A stretch of DNA of 64,000 bases from Candidatus Buchananbacteria bacterium (GCA_903888345.1 CAISTG010000015.1:11474-75473); one strand, 5' to 3'; numbered from the stretch's first letter, positions 19,553 to 30,336 are shown. Numbers and translations are program-made. Notes: generated from the letters alone by a model not told the origin.

Positions 19553-21355
19553 TTAGCTTAAATATAAATGTTGACGACCCAAAACATAGAGACTGTTCAT
19601 GGCGCGAGTTAAGGCAATATAAAGTAAATCTTTCTTGATGTGGGACACCTCGGCATGCAATTCTACCGGTAAACCATTAACTGACAGTAATTCCCCGTCA
19701 ACTCCGACCAAAAACACGGCATCAAATTCCACGCCCTGGGAGTCAATCAGTGACATCACTTTAACATTACTATATTGGCTGAATTGTTGCTGATAAGTTT
19801 TTAATAATTCCTCATTATGCGACAAGATACCCACACTCACCTCTTTCAGCTCCATTAATTTTTCGGTTACATATTCCAATTCTTCTGCTGGCGTTAAAAT
19901 CAATTCTTCTACTCGAGGCCCCGACTTAATCATTTCCGGCACCACCACGTCAAAGCCCAATTCTTTGAGATAAGTTAAAATTTCTTTGGTATTACGATAG
20001 ACCTTGGATAGCTGAACCAGACGCTCGGCTGGCAACTCGCCGCCAATGCCCGATAAATTATTAACCGTGCCTAATCTGACGCGTTGATTAAAGTCACCAA
20101 TATAGACCATCTCACCTATTTTCGCGTTAACCGCTTGGCTAAAGATTGCTAAATGCTCTGGCAAATAATTCTGAAACTCGTCAATAATCATCAATTTGTA
20201 ATCCGCTTTAAACTTACCCTTTTTCCGCTTCAATTCTTTAGTCTTGCCGACCAGCGAATAATAATCTTTTTCAATCTGAAAACCATTATCAATGCCAGCA
20301 ATCGCGCGCAACAAAACTGCTAAGTCCAAACGATCGAGCTGTTTATTATTCTTTTGCACCATCAACCTGGCGTGTCCAGCTTGATCCAAATAGTCACCAT
20401 ACACTGCCTGAAGCAACTTAAACCAATCAGTTTGCCACTCTAATGACTGCTGCGCGCGTAAACCCTGCACTTTCGCCCAGACATAACTAGCTTCGGCATC
20501 AGTTTCATGTTCGGTAATCGTCCAATCAACTAACGGCAGAATATTTTTTGCCCAAGCCGCTAAAGTCGTAATTTCCACGTCCCTAATACCTAACTCTGGC
20601 AACAAATGCGAGAAATAATCTCTGGTACTTTCATCTTGCACGAAAACAATCACTTCGCCATCGCTTACTTGATCCGCAGTTTCTGGTGATTGCAAGAGAT
20701 AAGCAACTCGATGCAAGGCTAGAGTCGTTTTGCCAGAACCAGCTGGACCAGTAACCACTAGCTTACCGCCAAAGCTGGAGCGAATTACCTGGTCTTGCGC
20801 CTTTTCCATTTGCGCCACAATTTCTGGCAGCACAAAGGCAGTCTTACGTGAAGAAAAATATTCTTGATAAATTAATTCGCGCGCAGCAATCTGACTTTCG
20901 GTCGATAAAAATAAGATCTTACCATCATTAATTAAATACTGATCTTTTTTAATTATTTCTCCGCCCTGCTCTCCGCCATGACTGCGGACCATAAAGGCGC
21001 CTGGAACCTCAAACCTAATTTGAGAAATCGGTGACGCCCAAGAATAGATATTTTCTTGATCAAAAGCAAATTTCGAAAAATACAATTCACGAAAATCTTT
21101 TTCGCCGTCGAATTTAATTAAGCAAGAATTAAAATACGGCGATGGATGTAGATGCTGCAAATCATTATAACGCTTGCGATAAGTCGCGATCATGGTTTGA
21201 TAGCTCAGCTTGTCCGCATCGGACTCTTGCGATAAATGCTTCAACGTTAAAATCTCCTCCGGAATACGCTGGAGTTCAGAAACGATCACTTCCCGCTTGT
21301 GTTCCAGTGTCGCCTTAACTTGCTCTAAATACTGGTCTTTTTGGTCTGCTGTCAT
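19553..21355 (-). CDS. UvrD/HelD-like superfamily-1 DNA helicase (helicase IV-like), 600 aa
   Basis: VVTGPAGSGKTTLALHRVAYLL (Walker A with the HelD-style AxHR), IIDEFQNY (DEXQ), YIGDFNQRV, N-terminal coiled-coil-like domain. Confidence 0.7.
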   Translation of the reverse strand: MTADQKDQYLEQVKATLEHKREVIVSELQRIPEEILTLKHLSQESDADKLSYQTMIATYRKRYNDLQHLHPSPYFNSCLIKFDGEKDFRELYFSKFAFDQENIYSWASPISQIRFEVPGAFMVRSHGGEQGGEIIKKDQYLINDGKILFLSTESQIAARELIYQEYFSSRKTAFVLPEIVAQMEKAQDQVIRSSFGGKLVVTGPAGSGKTTLALHRVAYLLQSPETADQVSDGEVIVFVQDESTRDYFSHLLPELGIRDVEITTLAAWAKNILPLVDWTITEHETDAEASYVWAKVQGLRAQQSLEWQTDWFKLLQAVYGDYLDQAGHARLMVQKNNKQLDRLDLAVLLRAIAGIDNGFQIEKDYYSLVGKTKELKRKKGKFKADYKLMIIDEFQNYLPEHLAIFSQAVNAKIGEMVYIGDFNQRVRLGTVNNLSGIGGELPAERLVQLSKVYRNTKEILTYLKELGFDVVVPEMIKSGPRVEELILTPAEELEYVTEKLMELKEVSVGILSHNEELLKTYQQQFSQYSNVKVMSLIDSQGVEFDAVFLVGVDGELLSVNGLPVELHAEVSHIKKDLLYIALTRAMNSLYVLGRQHLYLS

Positions 21356-21370
21356 ATGACTATAGTTAAA

Positions 21371-21400
21371 AAAACCGCCCCATCGGTTATTGGGCGGTTT
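21371..21400 (-). terminator. Rho-independent terminator for the lipoprotein gene 21624-23015
   Basis: ccgcccca...tgggcgg hairpin, followed on the minus strand by ttttttt. A second weaker hairpin at 21586-21612 sits immediately after the stop. Confidence 0.45.
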
Positions 21401-21623
21401 CTGAGTTATTAGATCTAGTGAAGAGAATCGAGTCCCTAAATTGTGGCTGTAGTTTCAGCATATGAAGTCTATTATACTACAATCATAAATATATTGCAAG
21501 CTATATTTAAATATTTGTCTAAATTACAATATAATTTCACTTTTTTGCCAGTAACAATAGCTTAAAAACGATAACGATTATATAAAAGCAGAGGCATCCG
21601 GCCCCTGCTTTTATATTTACGAC

Positions 21624-23015
21624 TTATTTCGCCTTATTCTGATATTCGTAAGACTTCTTCATTGCTTTCCAGAAAACCTCCCGATTAACGCAATGTGGAT
21701 TGGTGCCATCACAATCTTTGTTTTCTAAAACGTTGCCATATTTCGCATAAGGATTACCATCTTCATACTCATAGGCGTTAGCTGACATCTTCTTGATGAC
21801 CTCGGCGTGAGCCTTGTCGACGTCACCGCCAAATTTCCCTAATTCTTCTGCCATGCCCAAGTCATAAGCACGCGCTAGTCCCCGAAACTCCATTGACTTG
21901 GCTTCGGCTTTAACTGTATCCAGCGCCTCCTCTATCGGCTTGGTCGCCCAACCAACCGTCTTACCGGTAATCTCGCCAAAGACTCCTTCAATAATTTTAT
22001 CTTTTACTTCGTCTTTAATTTTATCGCCCATGGCATCATTAATCATTTTCATATTACGATTAAAATCCTCTTGCAATTCCGTTAGTCCACCATCAATCGC
22101 TTTTTGCCTTTCGAGCATGCGTTCATAAAAACGCAACTGCTCATCCCATTTTTGTTCCGACTCAGTCGGTTTGGTTTTCCAGATTTTTAAAACATCAACC
22201 GCATTACCAACTTTTTCGTTCCAACGATCTTTAACAATCGACTTGTCATCCATCTCCTCAATATCATTTTTGGGATCATTAATGTAGGCCAAATAATCTC
22301 GAATGGAGTTGTACTGCTCCATCGTCATTTTTGTTCCATTGTCTTTGAGTTTTTGATTAAACTCTAACAGCTTGGTTTTTAAGCCTGAATCAATATCTCC
22401 CACGGCGAAGTCGCCAATAATTTCTTGACTGATCGGATCCGATAATTTTTCGTATTCTTTTTTGTTATCAGCAGTTAAGACCGTCAACATGTCTGCACGC
22501 TTGGTTTCTAGCCCCGCTAATTGCTTTTTTAGATCTGAGTCATCGCCATTTTTTAGATATTCTTTAAGCTCTTCGATTTGTTTGTCCACTTCTACCACTT
22601 TGGTAGCATCAATTGATTTGCCAAGTTGACTACGACATTCTGCGGCCGAAGAACCAAATAATAATTTGCAGCCCGAAGGATTTTCATTCTTTATGGCCGC
22701 ATTCAAAATACATTCATCTTGTGTGTAAGAAAACAATCCTCCCTTAATCTGTTTGCAAGCCTCAAAATTACCAGTATTTTCCGCAATCATCAGATAACAT
22801 TTATCGCGCGGCGGATTAGACCCACCATCTTTGAACTTATCGCCTTTAATCTTGTCACATTGCGAAGTGTCACCTTCTTGCGCCCCCGCACCTTGGAAAC
22901 AATGATCACTGTCAGGCATAACATCACAAACCACCGTCATCCAATCACCTACACAGCCACTTAATAATAGTGGCGCCACCAACAAAAAGGCCATTAATAG
23001 ATATTTTGATTTCAT
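21624..23015 (-). CDS. Secreted lipoprotein, Cys-rich N-terminal region plus coiled-coil (463 aa), unknown function
   Basis: MKSKYLLMAFLLVAPLLLSGC lipobox. Many Cys in the first 120 aa. Lys/Glu-rich predicted helical remainder. Confidence 0.5.
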   Translation of the reverse strand: MKSKYLLMAFLLVAPLLLSGCVGDWMTVVCDVMPDSDHCFQGAGAQEGDTSQCDKIKGDKFKDGGSNPPRDKCYLMIAENTGNFEACKQIKGGLFSYTQDECILNAAIKNENPSGCKLLFGSSAAECRSQLGKSIDATKVVEVDKQIEELKEYLKNGDDSDLKKQLAGLETKRADMLTVLTADNKKEYEKLSDPISQEIIGDFAVGDIDSGLKTKLLEFNQKLKDNGTKMTMEQYNSIRDYLAYINDPKNDIEEMDDKSIVKDRWNEKVGNAVDVLKIWKTKPTESEQKWDEQLRFYERMLERQKAIDGGLTELQEDFNRNMKMINDAMGDKIKDEVKDKIIEGVFGEITGKTVGWATKPIEEALDTVKAEAKSMEFRGLARAYDLGMAEELGKFGGDVDKAHAEVIKKMSANAYEYEDGNPYAKYGNVLENKDCDGTNPHCVNREVFWKAMKKSYEYQNKAK

Positions 23016-23018
23016 AAA

Positions 23019-23597
23019 TTATTTCTTTTTAATGATCTTGATAATTAAGCGTGCGATTTCTGCCAAGAACCAAACTCCAGCCACGGCAAAAATTATATAG
23101 GATGTTTGGAGTAACGGCTCACCCAAATACGTAATCAAACCCTTAGCAATATCAATATAGCGCTTTTCAAAATATACTAATTGACGCGCCATCAAAAACC
23201 AGGGCAAGACACTAGCCACTAAAATAATTGGATTAAGTAAATACAGCCAACCTAAGCGCACCAGCTTCTTAATTAAATACAAAATATACATGGCGAGCAT
23301 AGAAACTAGCCCTAGAGCCCAACCAACGTAAATCGAGTAATCGGTAAAAATCTTCAAGATAGTCGCATTAGTGATGTCTTTGGCCTCCGGATCTAAATTA
23401 GAATAAACCCACATAAAGCTGGCACCATAAAGCAAGAATCCCAACAAGGGAAACCAGGCAGTATTAATGAATGACTTTCGGACTTTTTTTGGTTTGGCAC
23501 CTGGCACCGCCGCCGCCTCGTCCGCAATTTGATTGCTTGGTCTGCGATCGGTAGCAGCCTCCTCTTCGCTAGACGCGATTTTTGATTCTTCTTCCAT
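23019..23597 (-). CDS. Integral membrane protein (192 aa), unknown
   Basis: Acidic N-terminus followed by 4 hydrophobic TM-like segments. Starts 4 bp downstream of the previous gene (operon). Confidence 0.45.
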   Translation of the reverse strand: MEEESKIASSEEEAATDRRPSNQIADEAAAVPGAKPKKVRKSFINTAWFPLLGFLLYGASFMWVYSNLDPEAKDITNATILKIFTDYSIYVGWALGLVSMLAMYILYLIKKLVRLGWLYLLNPIILVASVLPWFLMARQLVYFEKRYIDIAKGLITYLGEPLLQTSYIIFAVAGVWFLAEIARLIIKIIKKK

Positions 23598-23727
23598 AAG
23601 ATAAGGTTAATAAATTTGCTTTAATTATAACGTTTTAGCAATATGTTGGCAAATTGATACGGAACTGAATTTGTCACTAAAAAAACATCTCAGTGGTTAG
23701 ACTGAGATGTTTTAACTTAGGATGTAG

Positions 23728-24522
23728 TTAGGCTTTCTTTTTCTTAAAAATCAGAACGCCTACTAAAGCAATAATAACGATAATTAATATTACGATAATA
23801 ATATTATAAATATTAGCCATAAACCAATTGCCACTCTCTGGTTCTGGATTTTGCTCATCAAAACTGCCCAAAACTTTTCCCACTGCTTGGTTTTCAGTAG
23901 TTAAAACATCGGTAGAAGTTACTGCTGGAGTAACCTCGGTGCCTGCATCACTTTTAACTTGTTGAGCGTCTTTAACTCCTGCTGTTGGAGTAGTTGGTGC
24001 AACAACAGTCGCTGTTAATAGCTGAGCCTCAACCTCCGGTTGTAAAACTTCTTTAGCGTTTACCGTGTATGTAGCACTGCCTCCGGCAGTCGAAATAGAT
24101 TTAACGGAATCACCGCCAACAATATTCACTCCTGTCATACCGACAATTGCCGCACTTGAGGCGCCAACCTTAAGTGACAAAGTTAATAATGTTTTATTAT
24201 CGGCACCACCACCAGGAATACCAACTAAGAAATGTGGATTAGCACAGGTCGGAGTTGTTAAAGCCTGCAAACCAGCAGCAACTGAAATATTTTGACAAGT
24301 AGCCTGATCAAAAACTAAGGTGCCCTCGATGGCATAAATCTTATTAGCCGCGGTGTTTATCCCGACTGTTGCGTTGATAACCTCTCCCGCCGTTACCGTT
24401 TTACTTGACGGTGAGACATATAATCCAGCAGTAGCGGCACTAACAGAACTAGCAACGCCCAGGATAGCAGTAACAAGCAATAATGACAAGACTATTAAGC
24501 TGTTAATTTTTTTCATAATCAT
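23728..24522 (-). CDS. Cell-surface protein with a signal peptide, a possible cohesin-like beta domain, a Thr/Val-rich linker and a C-terminal TM anchor (264 aa)
   Basis: Signal MIMKKINSLIVLSLLLVTAILGVASSVSA. C-terminal IIIVILIIVIIALVGVLIFKKKKA anchor. The cohesin call is tentative; it rests only on beta-rich composition and the adjacent dockerin gene. Confidence 0.4.
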   Translation of the reverse strand: MIMKKINSLIVLSLLLVTAILGVASSVSAATAGLYVSPSSKTVTAGEVINATVGINTAANKIYAIEGTLVFDQATCQNISVAAGLQALTTPTCANPHFLVGIPGGGADNKTLLTLSLKVGASSAAIVGMTGVNIVGGDSVKSISTAGGSATYTVNAKEVLQPEVEAQLLTATVVAPTTPTAGVKDAQQVKSDAGTEVTPAVTSTDVLTTENQAVGKVLGSFDEQNPEPESGNWFMANIYNIIIVILIIVIIALVGVLIFKKKKA

Positions 24523-24531
24523 ATATTAAAT

Positions 24532-25149
24532 TTAAATACTCCAGTTTGCCATTAGCAAAGCGAAATCAATAATATCTACTTTTAAATCGCCATTCAAGTC
24601 AGCAGAATTAACGCCTGTCTTATCCCAGTTAGCCATCATCATGGCAAAGTCGATAATATCAACGACGCCACTTTTATCAATATCACCGACTTTAGATACT
24701 GCTAAGGGAGGAGTACTGCCTCCTCCTCCGCCGCCTCCGCCATTATTGGTCGTAGCGATATTTATGACGTAAACGAATGAAGCAACAGCAGACTGCTTAT
24801 TATTGGCATAGCAGGCCAATGCTTTAATGGTCAATGATTGACTCACGGGAATTGCTATCCCCGTCCGGTAAACTTGTGCGGATAAACATGTTGGCTCTGA
24901 ACCATCAAAAGTATAATGAATAGAATTAGCGCCGGTCGCAGCTAAGACTACGGATTGAACAGCTGTATAAGTGCCCACAACTGGACTAGCGGTCGGAGTA
25001 GTAACCACCACCCCGCTAATACCAGTATCGATGCCTGTGCTCAAGGTGCCGGTTACTTCAGAGCCGGTTGAGATCCGTGCTTGACTTTGACTAACAAAGC
25101 AGAATAATCCAACCGCCACTAAACAAGAAATTTTTGTTAGATTTTTCAT
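24532..25149 (-). CDS. Secreted dockerin-domain protein with an Fn3-associated/CHB_HEX_C-like domain and a Gly8 linker (205 aa)
   Basis: Two canonical dockerin Ca-binding repeats, DIDKSGVVDIIDFAMMMANW and DLNGDLKVDIIDFALLMANW. IHYTFDGSEPT motif of the chitobiase C-terminal-like domain. GGGGGGGG linker. Confidence 0.6.
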   Translation of the reverse strand: MKNLTKISCLVAVGLFCFVSQSQARISTGSEVTGTLSTGIDTGISGVVVTTPTASPVVGTYTAVQSVVLAATGANSIHYTFDGSEPTCLSAQVYRTGIAIPVSQSLTIKALACYANNKQSAVASFVYVINIATTNNGGGGGGGGSTPPLAVSKVGDIDKSGVVDIIDFAMMMANWDKTGVNSADLNGDLKVDIIDFALLMANWSI

Positions 25150-25151
25150 AT

Positions 25152-28100
25152 TTATTCTTCGTTAGGTACGGTTTGAATTCCGTAACTTGTTGAGTAAGAG
25201 CCACCGACCGTTCCTTCCGGTACTCTAACTTCTACAATGATTCTGATCTGTCTTCCTAATTTTGTTGTATCTAAATCACCAGTTAAATTCATACTCCCAG
25301 AATAGGTATTGGCTTCACTAATAACGATGGCGCTCTCGCCAGAATTGACATCATTAGATTGAGCCGAATAGAAACGGATATTAGAAGCTGCAGGAATCAA
25401 GTTGGCGCCGCTAACAAAATCAGCGAATCTCATTCGTAAACCAGTTTCGGCAGTAGGAGCAGTGACATCAAATTGCCAAGCCCAACCATTAGCCCAAGAG
25501 CCGTCGGCAGTAGCAAAACTCTTAACAGTAGAAATTCCAGTAACAGCCAGAACAGTATCATCAGCAATAGTCGTAAAGCTCCCGGCTGTATAACTAGCTC
25601 CCATTAAGTTTCCCGCTTCATCTGCAACGTTACTCGAAACATAAATATAATAAGAAGTTTCTAAGTCTAAATTTGCAAGCGGATTAATAACGGCGCGAGT
25701 GCCTCCATTTTCTACGCTGATTGAAGCTGGCACGACAGAATTATCACTTGCCTTTCGTAATTCAATATTAGCAGCGGTTAAGGTGGTGGCTTTCATTGCT
25801 TCCGAAAAATCAACATAAGGACGAGCATTGAGGGCTACACCAGTAGCATCAGCTAATGGAGATTGACCAGCAACAATTGGTGCAACTAGGTCAGCGGTAT
25901 TTTCGGTAGTTGTAAAGCCAGAATTAGTTGAACCAATATTAGCAATCATGACATTTCCGACTTTATCAGAAACTCCAGAAATTATGAAATAGTAAGCAAC
26001 ACTATAATCTAAATTTGCATCAGGAATGAAATATACTTTTTGATTACCTTCAGCCAATACCTTTCCTGCAACTTGCGTGTCGGTAGAATCAACGCCAACC
26101 ATCATTAATTTAATATTGTCAGCATTAACTGTGTCAGTATTTAAAGCTTCAGAAAAATTGAAGAAAATAGGGGCCGAAATAGCTACATTAGTAGCACCAT
26201 TAGCTGGAGACATAGTTACTACATAAGGCGCAGTAACATCGGCCTGAGTAAAGGTAGCTACAGCTGTACCTGGCAATAAGTTACCACTAGAAACTGTAAT
26301 ATTTACATTACCAGCGGTTGTTTTTCTCAATGTTGTTTCAGCTACACCATTAACTAATGTTAGAATGGTGTCGCCTAAAGCTGCGCCATTATCAGCACTA
26401 ACCAAAACAATCGTTCCGCTTTGGTTGGTGGTTGGATGATCCCACTGATCTCTTCCAGTTACAGTGACGATACTGGCAGTATTAGTATCAACGGGCGAGG
26501 TGGCTACGACAGTCACCTTGCTAATTGGAGCTGGCACGACAATTATATTTTGAGTAGCGGTTGCGAAATTTCCCGAAAAATCAGTGGAAGTCCAGGTAAC
26601 CACAGTAGTTCCGACTGGAAAGCCAGCGACCGGAGCATCATTGGTAATGACTGGAGCTGCATCGACAACGTCAGATGTTATTGGAGATCCAATACTGACT
26701 GTTGACAAAACACCATTAGCGACAAATCCAGTGACGTCGGCCGGGGCAGTAATCGCCGGAGCTGTCGTATCATGAACATGAACATTAAAGTTTGAAGTGG
26801 CGGTATTTCCCAAAGCATCAGCTGAGGTGCAAGTGACAGTTGTGTCACCCAAAGCAAATTGGGATCCTGAAACTGGCAAACAAGCAACAGTGGTTGTGCC
26901 ATCAAATACGTCAACGGCTTCTGGGCTAACATAATCAACGATAGCGCCAGTGATTGAAGTAGCTTCAGCGACAACCTCTGCATGAGAGGCAATAACTGGG
27001 GCAACAGCATCAATCTTAATATTCTTATTAAAACTCAAAGAATTAGTCTCACTTGGAACTGGCAAGGTCAGATTTGAATCATTGCCGGCAAAATCGCGAA
27101 TAGACTGACCATCTAAATTTAAGGCATCACCAGCAATAGTGTCCAAATCCAAAGAATTATCACCTGATTGGACAGTGTAGCTGAAACTCACAATTGTTGA
27201 ACCGGTACCAGTGGAGTAATCGGCAGTGCGATCAGTCGCACCAGTTTCTAAAATTAAATATGGGCGTTGATCGATAGTATCCCAGCAATGGTCACCCCAA
27301 TAACCACAACCCCAAGGTCGATAATATGTTCCAACATTTACAGGTTCGCTAAATTCAACTGAGACAACAATGTTTTCACCAGCCTTGTAATCGCCATCAG
27401 CCTTATCGGAAGTAACATTAACAACTGTTGCTGGAGTGACATCATAAGTAATTCCAGTACTGGTCAAGGTTCCAGCATTGCCAGACATGTCAGTTCCGTC
27501 AAAAGTAACAGCATAGACACCTTCAGCCAAGGAAATTCCGGCGGCAGTTAAAGAGGCTTGAGAAATGGTATGAGCTCCAATAGTCAATTCGCTGCCAGAT
27601 AAAGTATAAACTGCTGAAACAGGCCCATTAACACTAATGGAACCGCTAGCCAAAGCTTCACTCAAAGTATAAGAAACTGTGTAATCAGCTTTAATGAAAG
27701 CATCAGTAGCTGGAGCAGTAGCAGAGAAAGCCGGCTTGGTGGTATCGACGACGACAACATTAAAAGTTGTGGAAGTAGCCACGTTGCCATGGGCATCTGT
27801 TTTGGAACAAGTGACAGTAGTGGTACCCAAATAGAAGGTTGAACCAGAGGCTGGCAAGCACGATGAGATTAAATCACCATCAACCAAGTCATGGGACATT
27901 GGCGCAGTGAAACCGACGCCAGCACCCAAAGTTGGGTCAATTGAAGCTTCAACTCCAGTAATGTCGGCATGAACATCAATCACTGGGCTAGTGGTATCAA
28001 GAATCGTGACTATTTGAGTAGCAGTTGCGAAATTTCCGGAACCATCAGTCGCCGTCCAGGTGACAGTTGTTTCTCCTGGGGCAAAACCAGCTGCAGGAGC

Positions 28101-29957
28101 ATCATTGGAGATAACTGGTGAAGCATCAGCGATATCGGAAACAATTGGTGATCCTAAGCTGACAATGGTAAAAGGTCCAGTTGCTTCATTAGTAACATCA
28201 ATCGGTGCAGTGATGACTGGTTTAGTTGTATCAATTACGCTAACAACAAAAGTTGAAGTTTGAATATTTGAGGCACTATCACTGGCAGTGCAAGTCACGG
28301 TAGTATTGCCCAACGCAAAAGTTGAGCTAGAAACTGGCAAACAAGAAACTGAAACCGCACCGTCAATATTATCAGTTGCTAATGGAGTATCATAAGTGAC
28401 TGTGGCGCCAGCAAATGAAGTTGCCTCAATACCAGAAACATCAGCATGGGCAACGATTTCCGGTTTAGTAGTATCAATAAAATTAATGATAACGTCACCA
28501 TGGGCAGTCAAACCACTAAAACTCAAGGTGACACTCCCCTTGTTAATAAAGGTTAGGGTTCGAGTAACAAGTCCGCCGACAGTGTTGCCACTGCCGCCAA
28601 TAATCCCCCCTGCGGAAGCTAAAATGGCAACTGGAGTATTATCTTGAACTTGATTGCCAGCAGCATCAGTAACAGTGATAGTCAAAGTCACGGTTGTACC
28701 TGGGGTTAGACTAGCTTCTGGAGATACTGTACTAGCTGAGATCGTGCCATTTCGCGCCGCACCGGCGGTAAATGATACGGATTCTGTCTGATCAATTAAT
28801 ATTCCACCAATTGTTACGGAAACAATTTTATCTTCCGCCTTAGTAGATTGTAAACGAATGATAGCTTGTCCATTAACATCAGTAGTAACCGTTAATGGAT
28901 CATAGGAAGCGCCGGTACTAGGAGCTGCCGAGATACTAACTACTTGACCTGCGAGAACATTTCCGAAAGCATCCTTAGCGGTAATAGTATAAGTAGCTGT
29001 ACCTCCGTCAGTCGTAACAACGCCCGGATTATTGCGAGTCAAAGTAGATTGACTGGCACTAATTGGACCACGGTTGACAGTCACAGTAAAAGTGGTTGAA
29101 GTTGCATGATTGCCGGCGACATCAGTAGCATTACAAGTAACAGTTGTGTTTCCGATGGCAAAAACAGACCCAGAAGCTGGCAAACAGACTGCTGTTCCAG
29201 TCGCATCAACATTATCAGTTACAGCAGGAGCAGTATAAATAACATGGCCAGAACCCAAAGCATCAGCGGTTGCAGTGACGGTTGAGTGAGGAGCGATTAC
29301 TGGAGCCACCGTATCAACAGTATAAGTAACAATGACTTGAATATAATCGACTGACGCTGTTCTATTTCTAGCTGGGGTTGCGTTGGTATTTATGGCAGAT
29401 AAATCAACGCCAAAATTGGCGCTATTTATATCAGCTGGAGTCCATGAAGTGCCCCAAAGATCAGATACTGACCCGTAAGTTGCAGCACCTTCAGTAGTTG
29501 GCCAATTTGTTCCAGTTACAGCCTTATTATCCCCAGTAATTACTCCACCCTTAACTAAACTAACTACATGATCACGGATTAATGGGTCAGAGGTACCACT
29601 AGTATAACGACCAACCACGACTTGGATTCCATTAATTGTCGCATTAGTCGGAATTGCAAAACCATAAGAACGCCCTGCCACATAATTGCTAGTGGCAGTT
29701 CCACCGCCAGGCAAATCAACGGTGGCATAAACATTATTATTGGAAACAATATTAGCAGGAACTGTCCACGCATATGTTCCAATTCCAGCGACGTTTGTAC
29801 CAGAACCAGCGAAATTTGGACCACTGGTCGCAGCTGAAGCTGTATTAATAAAAAAGCCGCAGACAAAAAGCATTGTCGCGACTACTGCAATTTTTCCTCC
29901 ATTTTTAAAAACCTTATTTCTTGAAAAAGAAATAATTGACTCGAATAATTGTTGCAT
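25152..29957 (-). CDS. Giant secreted adhesin/S-layer-like protein (1601 aa) with multiple HYR (hyalin-repeat) domains and SbsA_Ig/Big_5-like domains
   Basis: Repeated units of the type VAPVIA.H..V.A......A.V.Y..P.A.D..D.......C.P.SGS.F..G.T.VTC.A.D..GN.A (HYR). TAPYVVTMSPANGATNV...(Big_5-like). Signal-like N-terminus. Confidence 0.75.
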   Translation of the reverse strand: MQQLFESIISFSRNKVFKNGGKIAVVATMLFVCGFFINTASAATSGPNFAGSGTNVAGIGTYAWTVPANIVSNNNVYATVDLPGGGTATSNYVAGRSYGFAIPTNATINGIQVVVGRYTSGTSDPLIRDHVVSLVKGGVITGDNKAVTGTNWPTTEGAATYGSVSDLWGTSWTPADINSANFGVDLSAINTNATPARNRTASVDYIQVIVTYTVDTVAPVIAPHSTVTATADALGSGHVIYTAPAVTDNVDATGTAVCLPASGSVFAIGNTTVTCNATDVAGNHATSTTFTVTVNRGPISASQSTLTRNNPGVVTTDGGTATYTITAKDAFGNVLAGQVVSISAAPSTGASYDPLTVTTDVNGQAIIRLQSTKAEDKIVSVTIGGILIDQTESVSFTAGAARNGTISASTVSPEASLTPGTTVTLTITVTDAAGNQVQDNTPVAILASAGGIIGGSGNTVGGLVTRTLTFINKGSVTLSFSGLTAHGDVIINFIDTTKPEIVAHADVSGIEATSFAGATVTYDTPLATDNIDGAVSVSCLPVSSSTFALGNTTVTCTASDSASNIQTSTFVVSVIDTTKPVITAPIDVTNEATGPFTIVSLGSPIVSDIADASPVISNDAPAAGFAPGETTVTWTATDGSGNFATATQIVTILDTTSPVIDVHADITGVEASIDPTLGAGVGFTAPMSHDLVDGDLISSCLPASGSTFYLGTTTVTCSKTDAHGNVATSTTFNVVVVDTTKPAFSATAPATDAFIKADYTVSYTLSEALASGSISVNGPVSAVYTLSGSELTIGAHTISQASLTAAGISLAEGVYAVTFDGTDMSGNAGTLTSTGITYDVTPATVVNVTSDKADGDYKAGENIVVSVEFSEPVNVGTYYRPWGCGYWGDHCWDTIDQRPYLILETGATDRTADYSTGTGSTIVSFSYTVQSGDNSLDLDTIAGDALNLDGQSIRDFAGNDSNLTLPVPSETNSLSFNKNIKIDAVAPVIASHAEVVAEATSITGAIVDYVSPEAVDVFDGTTTVACLPVSGSQFALGDTTVTCTSADALGNTATSNFNVHVHDTTAPAITAPADVTGFVANGVLSTVSIGSPITSDVVDAAPVITNDAPVAGFPVGTTVVTWTSTDFSGNFATATQNIIVVPAPISKVTVVATSPVDTNTASIVTVTGRDQWDHPTTNQSGTIVLVSADNGAALGDTILTLVNGVAETTLRKTTAGNVNITVSSGNLLPGTAVATFTQADVTAPYVVTMSPANGATNVAISAPIFFNFSEALNTDTVNADNIKLMMVGVDSTDTQVAGKVLAEGNQKVYFIPDANLDYSVAYYFIISGVSDKVGNVMIANIGSTNSGFTTTENTADLVAPIVAGQSPLADATGVALNARPYVDFSEAMKATTLTAANIELRKASDNSVVPASISVENGGTRAVINPLANLDLETSYYIYVSSNVADEAGNLMGASYTAGSFTTIADDTVLAVTGISTVKSFATADGSWANGWAWQFDVTAPTAETGLRMRFADFVSGANLIPAASNIRFYSAQSNDVNSGESAIVISEANTYSGSMNLTGDLDTTKLGRQIRIIVEVRVPEGTVGGSYSTSYGIQTVPNEE

Positions 29958-30212
29958 TGCTATGCTATTAATTATTAAAAAGATCGTTTGTAATTAATCA
30001 AACGACTCCGTCTAGCAAGACCACCTTCAATGATTTGCCCAGACATGAAACTAATATATGAAACTATTTTAGTTTGCTTATTAAATTGAAATTTAAGAGC
30101 GCGAATATACACATATTACGTCCGCTAGTTTTCTTTGTCAAAGAAAAGTTATCCACACTTAGGGACGCTCAACGAAATCACTTCTCATGGGGGCATTATA
30201 TATTTTAAACCA

Positions 30213-30250
30213 CAAAAAAAGACCCCCGCAAAACCGTAGTTCTGCGGGGG
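30213..30250 (-). terminator. Rho-independent terminator for the small gene 30337-30570
   Basis: cccccgca...tgcggggg 8-bp GC stem, followed on the minus strand by tcttttttt. Confidence 0.55.
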
Positions 30251-30336
30251 TGTGTCCTAGGTGGAAACCTAGACAAAGAGCGGGCGGAGGAGCTAACTCA
30301 AGACATTATTTATCTGTTCCATCTGAATATTCACAT

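Noticed and set aside
19553-21355. Treating the HelD-like helicase as a component of the radical-SAM system, or as a defence-island marker
   Set aside because: It has its own promoter region and terminator and is a common housekeeping-type helicase. Association is by adjacency only, so it is kept as context.
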